From assembly GCA_963555755.3 (NCBI GenBank), contig OY820905.2, forward strand, positions 4,256,001 to 4,320,000: a stretch of 64,000 nucleotides of DNA. The letters are read 5' to 3'. The notes beneath the pieces are model-generated. The model worked only from the letters and a program-made list of their open reading frames with translations. It was not told the DNA's origin and ran no database searches. This DNA comes from Nitrospirales bacterium (GTDB lineage Bacteria > Nitrospirota > Nitrospiria > Nitrospirales > UBA8639). Positions within the stretch are counted from its first letter, which is position 1. The number at the start of each line of letters is the position of its first letter. Positions 59,772 to 64,000 of the stretch are shown here, in pieces. The position numbers were made by a program, and so were the translations under genes.

Positions 59772-61212
59772 GAGTGTGTGCTAAGGTTAGTTGAAAATTG
59801 AAGTGGCTCCCTCAACTGTGGTGAGATGGTGTTCGACCAAGAACCCCGATCTTTCCCAGCAGCCGAAAGGAGCCACTTCATGAAGAGTATTACGAAAATC
59901 CCGAAGCGAAGCAAGAAGACCAAACGGTTGGGGCCAGCACAGGTTCTCCGCCCCGACCAGTATGAGGCGTTTGACGTGGAGACGAAGATAGAATGTATTC
60001 GTGCCCTCATCCCCTTGGGCCTGCTCCATGTTCAGGCCCTCTTGGAAGACGAGGTCTGTCTGTTGGCCGGGGCCCGGTATACCCGGAAAGCCTCGCAGTT
60101 TCCCGGGCGGCGGCATGGGAGTAATCCCGGCAGTGTCCGACTGGCCGGCCAACAGGTGTCGCTCCGGATTCCCCGAGTGCGCCAAGCGAATGGGGACGCG
60201 GAAATTCCGTTACGCACGCTTCCCACTTTTCGGGAGCATGGGGCACTGGATGAGGTTCTCCTGAAACGCGTGTTGTATGGGATTTCGTGTCGTAATTATG
60301 AGACGGCGGCCGCAGCGGTGCCGGGTGCGATCGGCTTGTCGAGTTCCACAGTGTCTCGCGCCTTTACGCAAGCCAGTGCCAAGCAGTTACACGCGTTGCA
60401 GGAACGGGACCTGAGTGACCTGGATCTGGTGGCGGTCTTTCTCGACGGGAAGGCCTTTGCCGAGATGATGATGGTGGTGGCCGTGGGGATCACGCTCACC
60501 GGGGAGAAACACGTTCTCGGCTTTGTCGAAACGGGCACTGAAAACGCAGAGGTCCTGACCCAGTTCCTGCAGGCGTTGGGAGACCGTGGGCTCGACAGTG
60601 CTCAGGGCTTGTTGGTCATCATCGATGGCGGGAAAGGCTTGCGAGCGGCGGTGCGGCAGGCGTTTGGCTCCTCGGCCCTGGTCCAACGGTGCCAGTGGCA
60701 CAAACGGGAAAATGTCGTGAAGTATTTACCCAAAGGCGAACAGGGCACGTGGCGGACCCGACTGCAACGGGCGTATCAGCGTCCCACCTATGCGGAAGCC
60801 CGGGCGTCGCTACAGCGCCTGCAGCGTGACCTGGAGACTCGGAATCAATCGGCGGCTCAGAGTCTGGTGGAAGGGTTGGAGGAAACCTTGACGCTGCATC
60901 GGTTAGGCGTGTTTGCCCTTTTGGGAACCTCCTTCAAAACGACCAACTGTCTGGAGTCGATCAATGCCTTGGTGGAAGAGCGGTGTGCCAAGGTGGATCG
61001 GTGGACGAACTCGAATCAGCGACAGCGCTGGTTGGCCACGGCGTTACTGGATATCGAGCCGCGGCTCCGCAAGGTGAAGGGCTATCGGCACTTGCCCCGC
61101 TTGCGGGAAGCCTTGAGCCGGGAACTAAAACTTAAAACGCCTATGACCAAGAAGGCCGCGTAACATGAACCCCGGAGCCGTGGAGAATTTCAACTAACTT
61201 TGGGCTTGACTC
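59772..61212 (+). mobile_element. IS256-family insertion sequence without target duplication
   Basis: Imperfect inverted repeats GAGT...GTTAGTTGAAA at both ends; the flanks do not match. Confidence 0.82.
59880..61163 (+). CDS. IS256-family transposase
   Basis: FLDGK, IIDGGKGL, QRCQWHK, TTNCLESIN; AGGAG RBS before ATG 59880. Confidence 0.94.
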   Translation: MKSITKIPKRSKKTKRLGPAQVLRPDQYEAFDVETKIECIRALIPLGLLHVQALLEDEVCLLAGARYTRKASQFPGRRHGSNPGSVRLAGQQVSLRIPRVRQANGDAEIPLRTLPTFREHGALDEVLLKRVLYGISCRNYETAAAAVPGAIGLSSSTVSRAFTQASAKQLHALQERDLSDLDLVAVFLDGKAFAEMMMVVAVGITLTGEKHVLGFVETGTENAEVLTQFLQALGDRGLDSAQGLLVIIDGGKGLRAAVRQAFGSSALVQRCQWHKRENVVKYLPKGEQGTWRTRLQRAYQRPTYAEARASLQRLQRDLETRNQSAAQSLVEGLEETLTLHRLGVFALLGTSFKTTNCLESINALVEERCAKVDRWTNSNQRQRWLATALLDIEPRLRKVKGYRHLPRLREALSRELKLKTPMTKKAA

Positions 61213-61463
61213 AAAAATCGTTATCAACGAGAGATGGCGAGACAGAATGTTGGATTCCGTAGACGGGATTGAAGCAAATTTCACTGTCCATTAAGGTCGA
61301 ACTGCCTGGAAGACGGGACGAGGTTGGGGCCGCATGGCTCTTTACACTTCTATATCATGATCATCGATAATTTTGATGGAAAGCGAAAGAGTACAGTTCT
61401 CCGGTGAGGGCAAGAGAGAATACGAGACAATCCTGGTTTTCCCAGGAACCTGGCTCGGTTTGG

Positions 61464-62489
61464 CTATTTGCAAGCCATCCCATGCACGCAAACATTGACA
61501 TCATCAGAATAGGAAAAGAAATCAACGAGTTTTCCCGATTTCCAATCCAGCTCAATAATCGCGGCTGGGGAAATGCCGACCAGGATATTTCCGTTTGGCG
61601 TTTCACAGAGTCCTCTCACAAAAACTGGCCGTGACGAAACGGCATGCAGAAACATTGAATGAAACAATTTATGCGGACGACCATGTTTTGCGAGCCAACA
61701 TTTAATGCGAGTCCACGTGAGACGTCGTAGTATCTGAGCGACCGGCGCCAGATCGTCTAACATGATCCTTTTATGGAGAGTCCCCCGTTGATCAAATATA
61801 TCAACGGAACGCTGAAGCGTGTTGCTGATCATCAAGTGACCACTTTTGGTCACGAGCAAGTTGTGGCATCCGCGCATATTGGGTTTGACGATATACACCT
61901 CTGTCGGATGCAATTTGATAACGGCACCAAATCTGTTGAGGAGCATTAACGGTCGGCCATCGGGAGCAATCGCTGCGGCATTGATATGAACGTGACTCGT
62001 GTCCCAAGAACCTGATTTTTCATGAGCCGTTCTGTTGTCGGCTTCCTTATCCATTTTGAGAGGTGTTAACCCGAAATGGGTAGCCGTGACAGCATCATCC
62101 CGCGGCCACCACGTTTCCATCGTCTTGCCCTCTTCATCCACTTGTACCGCGGCATCGATCTCCGTTGAAGTCGCCCATATAGAGTGATTGTGAAAGCACA
62201 ACTCGTGCAGATTCGCAAAGGTGTGGTTTGATATGCGCTGCAGGGGACTCAGGTCTAAATCGAAAGAATGCAGGGAGTGATAGGACGCGACAAGCACTTT
62301 TCCATTGGTGATGAGAATTCCACGGCCGCCTCGGGTTCCCCCTCTGGTATTGGTGGCAGACACTGGAGGGTCCGTCGGGACAATTGGCTGTGCGGATAAG
62401 ACTTTCTTGCTGTCCCAGTCGAGCTTGACGACTTCACCACCTTCAGAGGGCGGTGCCTGTCGAATGACTGTGGTAAAATATACATCCAT
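61464..62489 (-). CDS. Hypothetical beta-propeller-like protein
   Basis: 341-aa ORF with repeated short beta-strand blades (GRGI, LHE, HIN, CHN, VRGL). Confidence 0.7.
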   Translation of the reverse strand: MDVYFTTVIRQAPPSEGGEVVKLDWDSKKVLSAQPIVPTDPPVSATNTRGGTRGGRGILITNGKVLVASYHSLHSFDLDLSPLQRISNHTFANLHELCFHNHSIWATSTEIDAAVQVDEEGKTMETWWPRDDAVTATHFGLTPLKMDKEADNRTAHEKSGSWDTSHVHINAAAIAPDGRPLMLLNRFGAVIKLHPTEVYIVKPNMRGCHNLLVTKSGHLMISNTLQRSVDIFDQRGTLHKRIMLDDLAPVAQILRRLTWTRIKCWLAKHGRPHKLFHSMFLHAVSSRPVFVRGLCETPNGNILVGISPAAIIELDWKSGKLVDFFSYSDDVNVCVHGMACK

Positions 62490-63054
62490 ATCGGGTTTCC
62501 CTGGTGTTAAGCTATTCCACTGAAGGCTGTGAAGGACGAGAGCGATTAGAGTATCCTTGTATCTTGTCCCAGCAATTTGTTTACATTCTCCTGGCTATTA
62601 TACTACCTTTTACAAAAAGAGAAAGTCCGAACGGATAGCCTCCCGAATGCTGTGGTTGAACACCGCACTGAAGTTCGCACTAAGCCGAAGGCATATCGAT
62701 CTGAGGCGGCTAGTGAGCCATGTATAAGCTTGACACGGGGTGGTCGCTATTCGGTGTGACAAATTCACGGACCGGACAAAATCCACTTTGTGAGGTGCTG
62801 GCCAACGTTGAAGGTGGCGGAAGGTTCCCGACTGGCCGAGAAATTTTCCAAGCTGCATGCAGATTGCACATGGCCGTAAAGGTCGAGTCCTTAGCCTCGA
62901 GAAGGAATTTTTGGTTGTCGGCTAAACGCTTGAACTACCGCATAGCCAAATCCTAAAAAACGCATATCGAAAAGATGGTAATCCGTTTCGTCTTTCAAAC
63001 AAGATGAAATGCCACGACGGGCGATACGCGGCATAATTCAATGGCTCAGTTATT

Positions 63055-63555
63055 TAGTCTTCCCTGAGAAAGTCTCTTTTGGCATGTTCGGGTGACGAGG
63101 GATTGGAAATCGAGGATTTGGGCTGAGGCAACCCACCAACAGCGGCACCCAAAAAATTCAGATTCCGGAGAATTGCCCGTAAGTGTTTGCCCACGCCACA
63201 TAACACCGTATTTAACTTATCGCTTTCCCTGCCTTTGAGGAAGTTCCACCGCAAGAAGCCGTTTCCCTTCAAATGCCCCCTGATCAGTTCCATTGCATTC
63301 CGTAACTGTATGGTCTGTTCCTGTGCCGGCGTCACGGCTTGCCGTGGCCGATGTACCAACACCTCCGTCTAGGGCAAATCCACTCCATGCTCCCGATATC
63401 CTTGATTCACCATACACCGCCGCGACCGTTTTCCCGTCGAACGCTCGATTGGCTCCAATTCCCCGGCCAGCGTGTACCCATCATACGGGTTCCCCACCAG
63501 CCCTTATAGCCCCACCACAAAGTTGGTCGTCTTCCTTGTCGCCACACTTACCTGG
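63055..63555 (-). pseudogene. IS5-family transposase remnant
   Basis: Frameshifted VSVAT...NFVVG...GNPYDGYTL and RNAME.I.GHLK....RWNFLKG...D..N.VLCG.G..LR; ends with an IS5-like terminus ...TCAGGGAAGACTAA. Confidence 0.7.
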
Positions 63556-64000
63556 TGCCGAGGGGCAGGGCGAACGGTTTTGGTCTGCAAGCCCCACCGT
63601 CCCAATCAGCAACCCGGGTCGACCTCGCTCGGTGTACAACACCCCAAATTGATCAACACACGACTCCCTGGGAATTTCCCCCCAGGCAACACAGCCCATG
63701 GTGAGTACTAATGGCTGAAGTAATAGTCGACAGAACCTAAAGTTAATTCACTATCAACCCCTGGGGTGTTCCTGGTGGTGTTGTGTCAGATCCTGTGGTG
63801 ACATGATTGAGCCTAAACACATGGATAATGAGCCGATCTCCCTTGCGGTTGTGCGAAATGAAAAGACGTTGTGTTGAAGGATCATATGTAGCACCAATCG
63901 GCTTAGATGTTTCTGCTTGAAATGGAAGCGGAATCTGCCAAATCTGATAGGGAGTTACCTCCCACGGTGATTTTTCTCCATTCTTTACTTTGAGTAAATC

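Noticed and set aside
1..64000. CRISPR array, tRNA, rRNA or prophage
   Set aside because: No regularly spaced direct repeats, cloverleaf or rRNA signatures, or phage genes were seen by eye.

Overview
Bacterial chromosomal window, probably Nitrospirota (inferred from gene content and repeat style, not confirmed). It has four zones. (1) 1-1.8 kb: sucC-sucD split by a hicB-hicA toxin-antitoxin pair and a REP-like repeat. (2) About 2-13.7 kb: a co-oriented array of about 15 small genes separated by intact-to-eroded attC-like sites, with no integrase in the window (CALIN-like relic). Two of these genes are interrupted: one by an IS1595, the other by an IS66-family element that carries a DUF4338/DruA-like gene in place of tnpA/tnpB. 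(3) About 13.9-31 kb: mostly housekeeping genes (serine protease, deaD, recQ, STAS protein, permuted papain-like peptidase, aminopeptidase P, azoR, elyC-like, two bactofilins) with several MITE-like repeats. (4) About 32-62.5 kb: an exopolysaccharide locus of PEP-CTERM/XrtA type (two wza, wzc, priming sugar transferase, deacetylase, NusG/RfaH paralog, UDP-glucuronate decarboxylase, glycosyltransferases). It contains its own carAB directly upstream of an O-carbamoyltransferase-SGNH-sxtJ-sxtK module. That module is bracketed by nested, diverged duplicates of the carB and carbamoyltransferase 3' ends. Two IS256 insertions disrupt the locus. No rRNA, tRNA or CRISPR array was seen. All family assignments come from reading motifs by eye, not from database searches.
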